From: a virus
Reading direction: 5' to 3' (one strand)
DNA length: 64,000 nucleotides
Virus record (IMG/VR): IMGVR_UViG_3300024259_000016
Location: 1-64,000 of that record
Position 1 is the first letter of the stretch, and the number at the start of each line of letters is the position of its first letter. Below are positions 10,574 to 19,033 of the stretch, in pieces. The notes below the pieces were generated by a model. That model was not told the DNA's origin and searched no databases. It was given only the letters and a program-made list of their open reading frames with translations. The translations under genes were made by a program, and so were the position numbers.

Positions 10574-11299
10574 TCAACCCTCGTCGTGGCATTCATGGGC
10601 CATGTCGAGTCCATCGATCGGGACCAGAGGATCAACCTCCCGCAGCTCACCGAGCAGCCGCTTCTCGATGTCCTCATCTGTATCCATGACCGAACGCTTC
10701 TTCTCGACGGCCTGGAACACCCGCATGATCACCGCGGCATAGTCCTCGATGAGGATCCCATACCCCCGCCGCAGGTACTTGCGCACCCGGAGCAACGACC
10801 CCCCAGCATCCTCCTCCCTGTCCGGCCGGGTGTAGACCAGGCGCTTGGCAGCCACATCCTCATAGAAGCGGTCAGAGCACAAACTCTTCCAGCACTGCCC
10901 CCCTGTGCCCTGGGGGTTGTTATCCCACCACACAGCAGCCTGGACTATGGTGAAGTCGAAGCTCTCCACCAACGACTCAGCATCCGTGTACAGCCACCTG
11001 AAGATGTATTGGACGGCCAGCCGGCCCAGGGACAGGACGGTATAGGCGTTCTGGGTAGCATGGAACTTACCCTCCCGTCCCTTGGTCAACAGCCGGGCCT
11101 GTTCCCCCAGGACCAACTGGTTCCCCCCGAAGACGTCAATGTCCCCGGGGGTATCACCAGCGACCAGCGCCCGGATGAACCCCCCTCCGACGAACAACCC
11201 CCGTCCGACGAACAACCCCCGTCCTCTCATCTGAGCCGCCAGGTCCCGGGGAATGTGAGTGACCACCCTGGCCAGGTCTTGTTTATTAAGCTCCCTCAT
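10574..11299 (-). CDS. Nucleotidyltransferase (poly(A) polymerase/CCA-like head domain only)
   Basis: VGGGFIR...GDIDVF and SFDFTI motifs; AGGAGGAGG SD. Confidence 0.75.
   Translation of the reverse strand: MRELNKQDLARVVTHIPRDLAAQMRGRGLFVGRGLFVGGGFIRALVAGDTPGDIDVFGGNQLVLGEQARLLTKGREGKFHATQNAYTVLSLGRLAVQYIFRWLYTDAESLVESFDFTIVQAAVWWDNNPQGTGGQCWKSLCSDRFYEDVAAKRLVYTRPDREEDAGGSLLRVRKYLRRGYGILIEDYAAVIMRVFQAVEKKRSVMDTDEDIEKRLLGELREVDPLVPIDGLDMAHECHDEG
11186..11224. repeat. 18-bp tandem duplication inside the nucleotidyltransferase gene (RGLFVG x2)
   Basis: TCCGACGAACAACCCCCG twice in tandem. Confidence 0.9.
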
Positions 11300-11300
11300 C

Positions 11301-13976
11301 TCAGTCCTCCTCCTTTGTCCCGGCCAGCAGCCTGGCGATCATCTCGGCGACGATCATCTTGCGGGGGATGGCGTACCACTTGGCGCCCTTGAGCAGCTTG
11401 GCCTTGGTGGGGCCCCTGTCGGGCTCAGGCTCCGATTCCCCGGCCAGTGGGCTCTTACCGTCACCAGGCAACAACCAGCTCACGCAGATCTCTCCAGTGG
11501 CCTCCTTGGCGCACAACAGGGGATCATCCTTGGAGCCTCGGCTGACCCGGTCGACCAGGGACTTGAGCAGTCCATCGCAGGCCTTCTTGATCTGCTTGTC
11601 GTCGAGGCCATCAGGGGTATCCCCGAACAGTTGGCCCAACCAATGCTTGTCGGTGTCGTCGACCCAGTCATGTAGCTGGTCGGGCTCAAGCGCCCCAATG
11701 CTCTCAACGCACTCATACTGGTACTTGAAGTACGGAATGATCTGGTCAGCGATACCCGCAGCCCCGCCCTCCTTGACATCCCGAGTGCTGGACAAGCCCT
11801 CGGCAACAGGCTTGGCCGACGGCGCCGAGTACCCGGCGGGGGGCTTTTCGAAGTAGGGCCCTCCACGCTGTAGCACATCGATGACCCGCTCATCGGACTG
11901 CACAAACTTGTGATCCATCCCGGTCAGCCCGCACAAGCCCATCGAGCACATCTCGAAGAAGTCGCAACGCCCCCACCGGCCGACACAGTTGACCGTGCAC
12001 TTGGGGAACCAGTTGTCCACGGTCAAGCCCCTCTTCTTCACCTCCTTTTCCTTGCCCCACAGGACAAGGTGCTGGGCCAGGTCGGTAGCCGCGGGGATCA
12101 TCTCATGTTCCCAACACCGCTCGATGTCCGCAGCCTTGCAGTCAGTAGCCACCCGCACCACATCGTCAGGGGCGATAGCCTGCACACCACCCTCTTCCCG
12201 TGGCTTTACCATGATGGTGACCTGGGTCTGGGCCAGCGGCCCCCACCCATCCGTCTTCTCGTAGTTCCCGTACCGAACCAGGGCGCCGTACCCCGTCAGC
12301 TGGAAGTCCAACCCGAAGGCCTGGTAGAGCTCCAGGGTGAGCATGGAGGCTGTCTTCTCGTCGTGTACCACCACCCCAGCTCGGCCGTCCACGTCCCGAG
12401 CGCCCCGGGACACATCATCCAGGCGCCCCACAAACCGCAACCGCCGACGACCCAGTCCAGTGATCGATACAGGCTCTTCGCACACCGCCTCCAGCCGACA
12501 CTCAACAGCCAGGATGCGACCCCCGTCCTCGACCGACTTGTCCAGGTGCCCGAACTTGGACAACCTCGTCCGCAGGCATGCCCGGGCGATGGCCAGCTCC
12601 TCCCCCAGCACCCCAGCACCAGCCTTGTTCTCGACGAACCGCAGCGGATCCTCCCACCGGTCGAGGCCATAAGACTTGGCGAACTGCAGGCTCGCATGTA
12701 CCAGCGTCCCGATCTGGAACTGTTGCTGCGGCAACCTGTGCTTCAGCCCCAACACATGGGCCAGGAACACCCGCCGCTTGCACTGCTGCCAGTCGATCAG
12801 GATGTGGATGTTGAATCCCCAGTCCAAAGACGACCCACCCGAGTATCCCTTCAGGCCGCCCAACAGCACCCCCACATCAGGCTTACCCAGGGCCAGCCCG
12901 ATCTCCTCCTCCCTCAGGATAGAGTCGATCAGCGAGATAGACTCACCACCACCCTCAGGCAGCTCGGGGAGGGGTGCGGACGACGACCCCTCAGGCACCT
13001 CAACCTCAGCTCCCAGGCCCTCACCCAGGTCCTTGCTCTCCTCTTCAGGAACCTCGACCTTCTTGCTCTCCCAGGCCGGCGCCTCCTCCCCTCGAAGAAC
13101 GAATACATGCTCCAGCTTCACCCAGCCTGGTTCATCTGTGTATGACCCTTCGAGCTTTGCCCGACAGTAGACCTTGTCACCTGACACCTGCTGGAGCAGG
13201 GCGCAATCGAAGGACATGTTGTCAGCGACAGGGCCGAAGCCCGTCTCCACGTCCCCCTGCCTGATAGCAACTGCCCCCTCATACCCCACGGCGTCAACAG
13301 GGAACGGGACCCACTTGTCCTGGAACTCCAGCTCCTTGTGGCCCAGGTCAACGCCACACCCATCACACTGGTCCCTCTCGTGCATCTCGTAGGAGAGGCG
13401 AGCCTGGCACTTGGGGCACTTGCCCCGCGGGTCATCCTTTTCCTTCTCGAGCATCGGGTTGCTCTTGACCTTCTTCTTTCTCTTCGTCACAGGCACCCGG
13501 ATCATCGAGGTAGGCGTCCAGGTCCCGGGGTCATCATCGGTCTTGCATAACAACAGGAACTCCTGGCCGTCCTCTTCCCGACGGTAGTAGTCCCGCAGCT
13601 CCCCCAGCTCAGGGTAGCCGCCCGACACCCGCAGCAGGCCCTGCATCCCGACCTCCCGCTCACTGGCCGGCAGCCACTCGATCTCCTCAGGCCCAGGCCC
13701 CTCGTAAGGCCCCCGCTCTGCCTCATCCTTGGCCAGGTCCAGGCGTGCCTTCGCAGCATCCGACTCAGCTCGAATCTCCTCGACCGCCTTGGGGCAGATG
13801 CGATCCGCCTCGTAGTACTTGTCGCAGTAGGCATGGACATCCGGGGTCCGCATCCCGATCTCCCCACCCCAGCAACCCCGCGGCATGGGCCCCGTCGTTA
13901 CTCCAGCCTCGGCATCGATAGCCACCACCTGCCCACATCGGCACATCACTGCACTGTTACTCTCCGGCTTACCCAT
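11301..13976 (-). CDS. Cas4/AddB-like PD-(D/E)XK exonuclease with long N-terminal extension
   Basis: C-KRRVFL, GTLVH, VECRL, GRLDDV, HDEKT, QLTGY and C-terminal C-x3-C-x6-C-x5-C cluster; CxxC pairs in N-terminal part. Confidence 0.8.
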   Translation of the reverse strand: MGKPESNSAVMCRCGQVVAIDAEAGVTTGPMPRGCWGGEIGMRTPDVHAYCDKYYEADRICPKAVEEIRAESDAAKARLDLAKDEAERGPYEGPGPEEIEWLPASEREVGMQGLLRVSGGYPELGELRDYYRREEDGQEFLLLCKTDDDPGTWTPTSMIRVPVTKRKKKVKSNPMLEKEKDDPRGKCPKCQARLSYEMHERDQCDGCGVDLGHKELEFQDKWVPFPVDAVGYEGAVAIRQGDVETGFGPVADNMSFDCALLQQVSGDKVYCRAKLEGSYTDEPGWVKLEHVFVLRGEEAPAWESKKVEVPEEESKDLGEGLGAEVEVPEGSSSAPLPELPEGGGESISLIDSILREEEIGLALGKPDVGVLLGGLKGYSGGSSLDWGFNIHILIDWQQCKRRVFLAHVLGLKHRLPQQQFQIGTLVHASLQFAKSYGLDRWEDPLRFVENKAGAGVLGEELAIARACLRTRLSKFGHLDKSVEDGGRILAVECRLEAVCEEPVSITGLGRRRLRFVGRLDDVSRGARDVDGRAGVVVHDEKTASMLTLELYQAFGLDFQLTGYGALVRYGNYEKTDGWGPLAQTQVTIMVKPREEGGVQAIAPDDVVRVATDCKAADIERCWEHEMIPAATDLAQHLVLWGKEKEVKKRGLTVDNWFPKCTVNCVGRWGRCDFFEMCSMGLCGLTGMDHKFVQSDERVIDVLQRGGPYFEKPPAGYSAPSAKPVAEGLSSTRDVKEGGAAGIADQIIPYFKYQYECVESIGALEPDQLHDWVDDTDKHWLGQLFGDTPDGLDDKQIKKACDGLLKSLVDRVSRGSKDDPLLCAKEATGEICVSWLLPGDGKSPLAGESEPEPDRGPTKAKLLKGAKWYAIPRKMIVAEMIARLLAGTKEED

Positions 13977-14001
13977 CAGTTTTGTCTCCTTATCGAGTTA
14001 T

Positions 14002-14385
14002 CTATCCGACCCGGTGGAACAACCGGATCTGGTCAGCTTGTTCAGGTGTCAGCAGTAGGACAGTACGGCCCCCTGTCTCCATAGACTTTCCCCGTCCAGG
14101 TTCAGGGAGCACACACTCCCGCTCCATCTCCAGGATCTTCTGGCGGCTCACCCCCAATTCCTCGCCCAGTTGCACCCTGGTAATCCGCTCGCCCTTGGCG
14201 CCCCGCATCCACTTGATCTTCAGGCGGTAGCATTGCTGGTGCAGGGCCTTCTTCGTCACCCCCAACCGACGAGCACCCACCTCCATGGAAACCTTCCCAG
14301 CCAGGTGCAGCAGTCCCTCTCGGCGGGTCATCCTCTCCCCCCCGATCCGAACACCCTCATTCCAGATTCCTCTCTTGCCAGCCAT
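14002..14385 (-). CDS. Small HTH-like DNA-binding protein
   Basis: GARRLGVTKKAL and LGEELGVSRQKI helix-turn-helix-like segments. Confidence 0.55.
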   Translation of the reverse strand: MAGKRGIWNEGVRIGGERMTRREGLLHLAGKVSMEVGARRLGVTKKALHQQCYRLKIKWMRGAKGERITRVQLGEELGVSRQKILEMERECVLPEPGRGKSMETGGRTVLLLTPEQADQIRLFHRVG

Positions 14386-14395
14386 CAGTCTCTCC

Positions 14396-15298
14396 TCACA
14401 ACCAGAGCCACATACCAAGAAGCGTCAGCCCCGCCCCAACGGCAACCCCGAACAATACTCCCCAGACGGGACCAGGCACCCAGCTCTCCTGTATAGGTTC
14501 TCTCGGCGCCACCTTCTCGACGGTATCAGCGAGGCTCAATCCCCCTCCCTGAATTCCCTTATGCAGCTCTCTCTTGAAGTCCTCCACCATGGGGCCAATG
14601 ATCCTTTTCACTTGTTCTCTTTGTTCAGGACTCGGTGGGAGTATCACCAGCTGGGTGTTATCAGGTGGGGGGATAACTCCCTTCCCCCCTTCGTAGCCTG
14701 CAGCAGCCAAAGCATCCAACTGCCTCTGCCTGTGCGGCCCATCCCCCACGAAGATACGGAAGTCAGGCCCTCCACCGATGCGGCTTCCCCTGCCCCCGGC
14801 CTGGATTACAGTATCTGGCGCCCCCACCCCAGGATCCAGGGCCACCCACTGAACGTTCGGGATGTCAATCCCTGTCCCCCACACTCGAGTCGCTACGGCT
14901 ACCCAGGCATCCCCGTCATCCAGACGCTGCCGCATCCCCTCTCGCAGCACCTTGCTCTTGACCCGGGCATCACTCACTTCGATGACCCGGTCCCCCCGGA
15001 ACCCCTCGATCCCGAGCAGCCCCAACCGTATCTTCAGCCACTGGGCTATCAGGTCCCCTGTCGGCAGGTCCCCCACCAACACCAAACCTGGCCAGCTCCC
15101 CTCGCTCAAAGCCACCAGCACATCCTTCAGGATGCCCTCCCAGGCGACATCCAGCCGGCCCTGCTCCCCCCACAGGCTCGACCCACTCGCCCCCTTCTCA
15201 CCACCGGGCTCAATCCCACCGTCGTGCCAGTTAACAACAGCTCCACCACCCGCCAGCTGGATCTCCCTGTCCCGGGGGTTACCTTTGCACGGACCCAT
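14396..15298 (-). CDS. SF2 helicase C-terminal (RecA2) domain as a separate gene
   Basis: Motif V VATRVWGTGIDIP, motif VI VIQAGGRGSR; no Walker A/B; hydrophobic C-terminus. Confidence 0.75.
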   Translation of the reverse strand: MGPCKGNPRDREIQLAGGGAVVNWHDGGIEPGGEKGASGSSLWGEQGRLDVAWEGILKDVLVALSEGSWPGLVLVGDLPTGDLIAQWLKIRLGLLGIEGFRGDRVIEVSDARVKSKVLREGMRQRLDDGDAWVAVATRVWGTGIDIPNVQWVALDPGVGAPDTVIQAGGRGSRIGGGPDFRIFVGDGPHRQRQLDALAAAGYEGGKGVIPPPDNTQLVILPPSPEQREQVKRIIGPMVEDFKRELHKGIQGGGLSLADTVEKVAPREPIQESWVPGPVWGVLFGVAVGAGLTLLGMWLWL

Positions 15299-15418
15299 CA
15301 GATTCCCAGCTTTCCTGTAATGTAACCTTCTCCCAACAATATCGTCACCTTACACGCCATCTTATACTCCCTTGCCCGAAAATCCCCAAATATAACAGCT
15401 ATCCGATATCATTGTGGA

Positions 15419-15453
15419 AAACCTGTGGACAAAGGTTACATTTACAGAAACCC
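15419..15453 (-). repeat. 35-bp inverted repeat copy B, overlapping tandem DnaA-box-like motifs (15413-15421, 15424-15432)
   Basis: TGTGGAAAACCTGTGGACAA reads TTGTCCACA and TTTTCCACA on the minus strand; non-coding region. Confidence 0.88.
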
Positions 15454-15529
15454 ACGTCACACCTTATGCGCATGTGCGCGATCCCCGGGACTACTACCTG
15501 CGGTAGCAGCCCCAGTAGTAGTACCAGTA

Positions 15530-15787
15530 CTACTCATCGGAGGAATCCTCTTTGCGCTCAGCCGGGACCCAGAGGTGGAATGTCATGTAGCTCGGGAGGC
15601 ATCCTCCATTACTGATGGCCCTGGCTGCCTTTTCGATAGGTGTTGTGTCTTTGTCGGACGGGGACTGGCGGAGCAACACAGTGGCTTTTCCTTCCTCGCT
15701 CAGCCCCAGTCGGTCTTCAACAAAGGTCTGCTCAAGCAGGTTCTCGCACTCCAAGCACAGGCCATCTTCATCAAAGGTAACTTTCAT
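15530..15787 (-). CDS. Hypothetical protein between the helicase halves
   Basis: ATGA overlap with the upstream helicase stop; 85 aa. Confidence 0.5.
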   Translation of the reverse strand: MKVTFDEDGLCLECENLLEQTFVEDRLGLSEEGKATVLLRQSPSDKDTTPIEKAARAISNGGCLPSYMTFHLWVPAERKEDSSDE

Positions 15788-17838
15788 GTCCTCACAACCT
15801 CCCCGCGGGCTAGGTACCCACCCCGCTCCAAGTCAGCAATCTCGGCCACCCGTACAATAGGCCCCAGCGCGCACAGCATCAGGCAGTTCCGACCGTCTTG
15901 TCTCCCATCAGGAGTAGCTGTCAGGCCAATACGGCAGCGGGCCCTGAGGCGCCCCAGGACGGGCAAACGTGTATTACTCATGGCTGCATGGCAGTTATGG
16001 ACTACAAATCCGTTAGCGGTGTAGGTGTGCAGCCCCTCAACCTCGAGATTGTAGACAAGACCGTCTGGGCACACCCTCTCGTATTCTTCAAAACTTCCTT
16101 GTTGGAAAACCTGAATACGATCCACCCGAGTCCAGCGAGGAACTTGTCTTTCTTCCGGTCCTGACCTCGCCTCTCTGAACTGTTGTGACTCTGGCCGTCT
16201 ACCTCGATGGCTACCATCAGATCCGGTTGGGCAATGTCGATCTTGTAATGGGTGGGATATCCCCTGGATTTCGGGCCCACCCCTTCTGGAAGGCCTAGTC
16301 TCGTCGGGACAATGTGCTCCATTCCCCAACCGAGTAAACCTGCCAGCATTCGTTGGGGGACTGTAGGTTCTCGTCCGTTGCCCCCCCTCTCGACCCCTTC
16401 CGGCCAGCCCCTCTCCCTCACCTTGGCGGTCACCAGGGCGCGAACCTTGGGATCCTTCATCGGGTTGTTCTTCCGCATTCGCTCGGATGACTTCTTTGAC
16501 CACTCCTCGCGATGCTCCTCCCGGGTTCTGGCCCACACCTTCACTCGGTATTCCTTGACACATTGAACCGAGCAGTAACCCCCCTTTCCTCGGGAAAGTT
16601 GGTAGAGGGCAGACGGGCCCCGACTCCCCTGACAGATAATCCCCTTCCCGCAGTTTATGCAGTTCGTCTTGACTCTCTTCCTTCGTTCTTCCCTCCTCGT
16701 CAATTTGCATGTTTGGCAGAACAGGGATGCTCCGTTGTGATGTCTTTTCTTCCCTGTCTCCTGTCCGCATCTGTCGCAGGTGCCGTCTATCGATCTCTTC
16801 TGATGACCTTTTACTGTTTGATTCTCCATGCTTTCTGTACCCCTCTGGTTTGTGGTAGGGTACAGTGTATAGCACTCTGTCGTTGCGAGCAATCGTCTTG
16901 GCTGGTATCCAGCCTCGTTGGGTGAAAACGGGGTGTTCCTCGGTGCAGATGAATGAACCATCCTGCGTGGTAATCTGGATCAGAGATGATGGGGCTTTTC
17001 TCACGAAAGTTCCTGTGACGGTCCTCCTCTCAAGATTCCCAGATGTCTCATTGTAGGCACTGACTTGGTCCCCGATCTCAATGTCCTCAATGGGCTTTCC
17101 GTCAACCAAGGTCCCTGCTGGGAAGCACTCATCAATCACAACGCCGTCCAGGGCCCCCACAGCCTCCCCAGCAGTCCCTACGGACATGCACTGAGGCACC
17201 CCCTGCCCAACATCCCCACCAACCACATCCCTCATCTCAGGGATCACCCTGTCAAACACCTTCTGGGTCTGCCGAGCCAGCTCCTGGTTCACCACCAGGT
17301 ACCCGACCTTCTCTAGTCCAAGCAGCTCCTGCATGCACATAAGCAGCCCCGCGGCCATCACAGTTTTGCCACTGCCGGTCGCAGCTTGGATCACACACCT
17401 CCCCCACGGTGCACACAACCCCTCCACGATCCCCTCAGCTTGGTAATCACGCAGCGGCATCAGCAGCCCTTCATCCCGCAACGTCAGGACAGCTGACTCA
17501 ATCCGCAGCTGAATCAGCTCGGGCAACCAGGGATTAACAACAGCCCCCCCAACACCCCGGAGCCGGAGCAGCATAGGCTCAGTCTCATGCACTATATGCA
17601 GCCAGCTCATCATGCCCACGGGTACCTGCCCACTCGACAGAGAGCCCGCCCTCAGCACCTCAAGGGCCCCCTGGACTTCCATAACCAATTCTTCAGTACT
17701 GACGCGCCCATCCCGCATCTCCCGGGACCGATACCCCAAGGTCGTTCGCTCGTAGGCCGCCAACATGCTGACGAGGTTTGCCCTCCTACATCCCCCATGC
17801 CCCCAGGTATCCCCCATCCCGTCGACCAGAACGATCAT
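15784..17838 (-). CDS. DEAD/DEAH-type SF2 helicase N-terminal (RecA1) half with intein
   Basis: LRDYQ, ATGSGKT, VIDE/CH after splicing, GLTATPDGRQDG, LGPIV; ends GYLARGEVVRT*. Confidence 0.88.
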   Translation of the reverse strand: MIVLVDGMGDTWGHGGCRRANLVSMLAAYERTTLGYRSREMRDGRVSTEELVMEVQGALEVLRAGSLSSGQVPVGMMSWLHIVHETEPMLLRLRGVGGAVVNPWLPELIQLRIESAVLTLRDEGLLMPLRDYQAEGIVEGLCAPWGRCVIQAATGSGKTVMAAGLLMCMQELLGLEKVGYLVVNQELARQTQKVFDRVIPEMRDVVGGDVGQGVPQCMSVGTAGEAVGALDGVVIDECFPAGTLVDGKPIEDIEIGDQVSAYNETSGNLERRTVTGTFVRKAPSSLIQITTQDGSFICTEEHPVFTQRGWIPAKTIARNDRVLYTVPYHKPEGYRKHGESNSKRSSEEIDRRHLRQMRTGDREEKTSQRSIPVLPNMQIDEEGRTKEESQDELHKLREGDYLSGESGPVCPLPTFPRKGGLLLGSMCQGIPSEGVGQNPGGASRGVVKEVIRANAEEQPDEGSQGSRPGDRQGEGEGLAGRGREGGQRTRTYSPPTNAGRFTRLGNGAHCPDETRPSRRGGPEIQGISHPLQDRHCPTGSDGSHRGRRPESQQFREARSGPEERQVPRWTRVDRIQVFQQGSFEEYERVCPDGLVYNLEVEGLHTYTANGFVVHNCHAAMSNTRLPVLGRLRARCRIGLTATPDGRQDGRNCLMLCALGPIVRVAEIADLERGGYLARGEVVRT
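15994..17127 (-). mobile_element. Intein 3 (378 aa) in helicase motif II; no in-frame endonuclease
   Basis: Starts CFPAGTLV, ICTEEHPVFT block B, ends VYNLEVEGLHTYTANGFVVHN followed by C; middle is low-complexity R/G/E/S-rich. Confidence 0.92.
16002..16829 (-). CDS. Zn-finger + DUF559/Vsr-like putative homing endonuclease nested in the +1 frame of intein 3
   Basis: ATG 16829 with AGAGGGG about 11 nt upstream; four CxxC/CxxxC pairs; SERMRKNNPM; IDIA...AIEVDGQSH...DRKKDKFLAGLGWIVFRFSN. Confidence 0.85.
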   Translation of the reverse strand: MENQTVKGHQKRSIDGTCDRCGQETGKKRHHNGASLFCQTCKLTRREERRKRVKTNCINCGKGIICQGSRGPSALYQLSRGKGGYCSVQCVKEYRVKVWARTREEHREEWSKKSSERMRKNNPMKDPKVRALVTAKVRERGWPEGVERGGNGREPTVPQRMLAGLLGWGMEHIVPTRLGLPEGVGPKSRGYPTHYKIDIAQPDLMVAIEVDGQSHNSSERRGQDRKKDKFLAGLGWIVFRFSNKEVLKNTRGCAQTVLSTISRLRGCTPTPLTDL

Positions 17839-18119
17839 TCTGAGTCCTTAGTGATGGGATCAGGTTCAACGAACAGCATGCATCCGCAGTAACTCTTGCG
17901 AATCTTTTGCGGGTGATACCCCGTCCCTTTGTCCTTCTTAGCGGGTGCAGCACCGGAGATGCACATCCCTTTGGGAAGTGTTGTCCAACCTCGATCACTC
18001 TGCGGCGGCTCGCCCTTGCGAGAAGGCTGGTCCAGGTGGCTATCCCGAGGATGCCCACAGCGAGCACAGATATTTTCGGGAGTTCGGTACTTATCTGACC
18101 AATGCGGCATCACTCCCAC
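17835..18119 (-). CDS. Small Cys/His-containing hypothetical protein
   Basis: CARCGHPRDSH...CGCMLF; overlaps helicase start. Confidence 0.55.
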   Translation of the reverse strand: MGVMPHWSDKYRTPENICARCGHPRDSHLDQPSRKGEPPQSDRGWTTLPKGMCISGAAPAKKDKGTGYHPQKIRKSYCGCMLFVEPDPITKDSE

Positions 18120-18502
18120 CTCCTCTTGGCGTCCCGCTTGTTAAAGCGTTTATCGAACCAGTCTATTTTGCGCCAACTCATGATTGCTCCTTAGCGGTGC
18201 CTTTTGCTTTATCCATCTCTTGCCGCGCCCACCTGGCCCCGTCGAATTGGCCGTTGAATTTCCCAATGCAGTATCCGGCCCAGTAGCCCAGTCCGCCCAC
18301 CGCAAAAAGGCTGATCAAAATAATCTCGCCCATGGCTACTCCTCCTGCTCCTTTGGGGTGGTTACCATTCCGAGGATCACCCTCAGAGCCTTCAGTCGGG
18401 CCTGTGGCCCACCGCGCTTCATGTGGCTATTCCAAGGTGACCGGAGGAACTTTTCGGTATCCTCGATCTCCTCGAGCAACCATTCGATGGCCTCGGGTTC
18501 CG

Positions 18503-19033
18503 TCACTGGCTCGGCTCTTTTTGGGTCGTTTGTGCATCCATCAAGCCCAGCCGGTTAGCCGCCTCCCGCACCTGGTCCATGTCCTTGCCGTACCCCCACG
18601 GATCGCCGTTGCTGTACCAGAGGGGGAAGGGGCCAAGGTGGCTTGCGGTGAACGTCGCGCCGTCTGCGACATACCTGGTGAGGTAACGACAGAGCGCCAG
18701 GAGGGTGCCGCCCTCAGAGAATCCACGGGGGGACCATCGCCACCAGTAGCGGGTGAAGCAGGCGATGTGCTTTTTGGTGAACTTATCCACGAACCAAACG
18801 CGGCCCCGATCATCCACGATGAAGCAGGACACTGATTGTTCATGGTGAAAGAACCGGCGGCCGCAGTTGGCGATAATGCGGATGAACTCATTCGCAATGA
18901 TCGCCCTCGACTCCCTGCCTTCAATCTTTTTTTGACGCACTGGCCAGCTCCTTTGGGGTGGTTGGGGGCAAAGACTCTGAGGATACCCAGATGTCTCCCA
19001 CCGAGCACCACCCACTGTGGTCTCCGCTCTCAT
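18503..19033 (-). CDS. Phage hypothetical protein (start probably near 18940)
   Basis: GRRFF...GRVWFVD...GFSEGGTL...WGY pattern resembles a common phage family. Confidence 0.6.
   Translation of the reverse strand: MRAETTVGGARWETSGYPQSLCPQPPQRSWPVRQKKIEGRESRAIIANEFIRIIANCGRRFFHHEQSVSCFIVDDRGRVWFVDKFTKKHIACFTRYWWRWSPRGFSEGGTLLALCRYLTRYVADGATFTASHLGPFPLWYSNGDPWGYGKDMDQVREAANRLGLMDAQTTQKEPSQ

Noticed and set aside
11301-13976. CRISPR-associated cas4
   Set aside because: No cas1/cas2 or array; context is phage recombination
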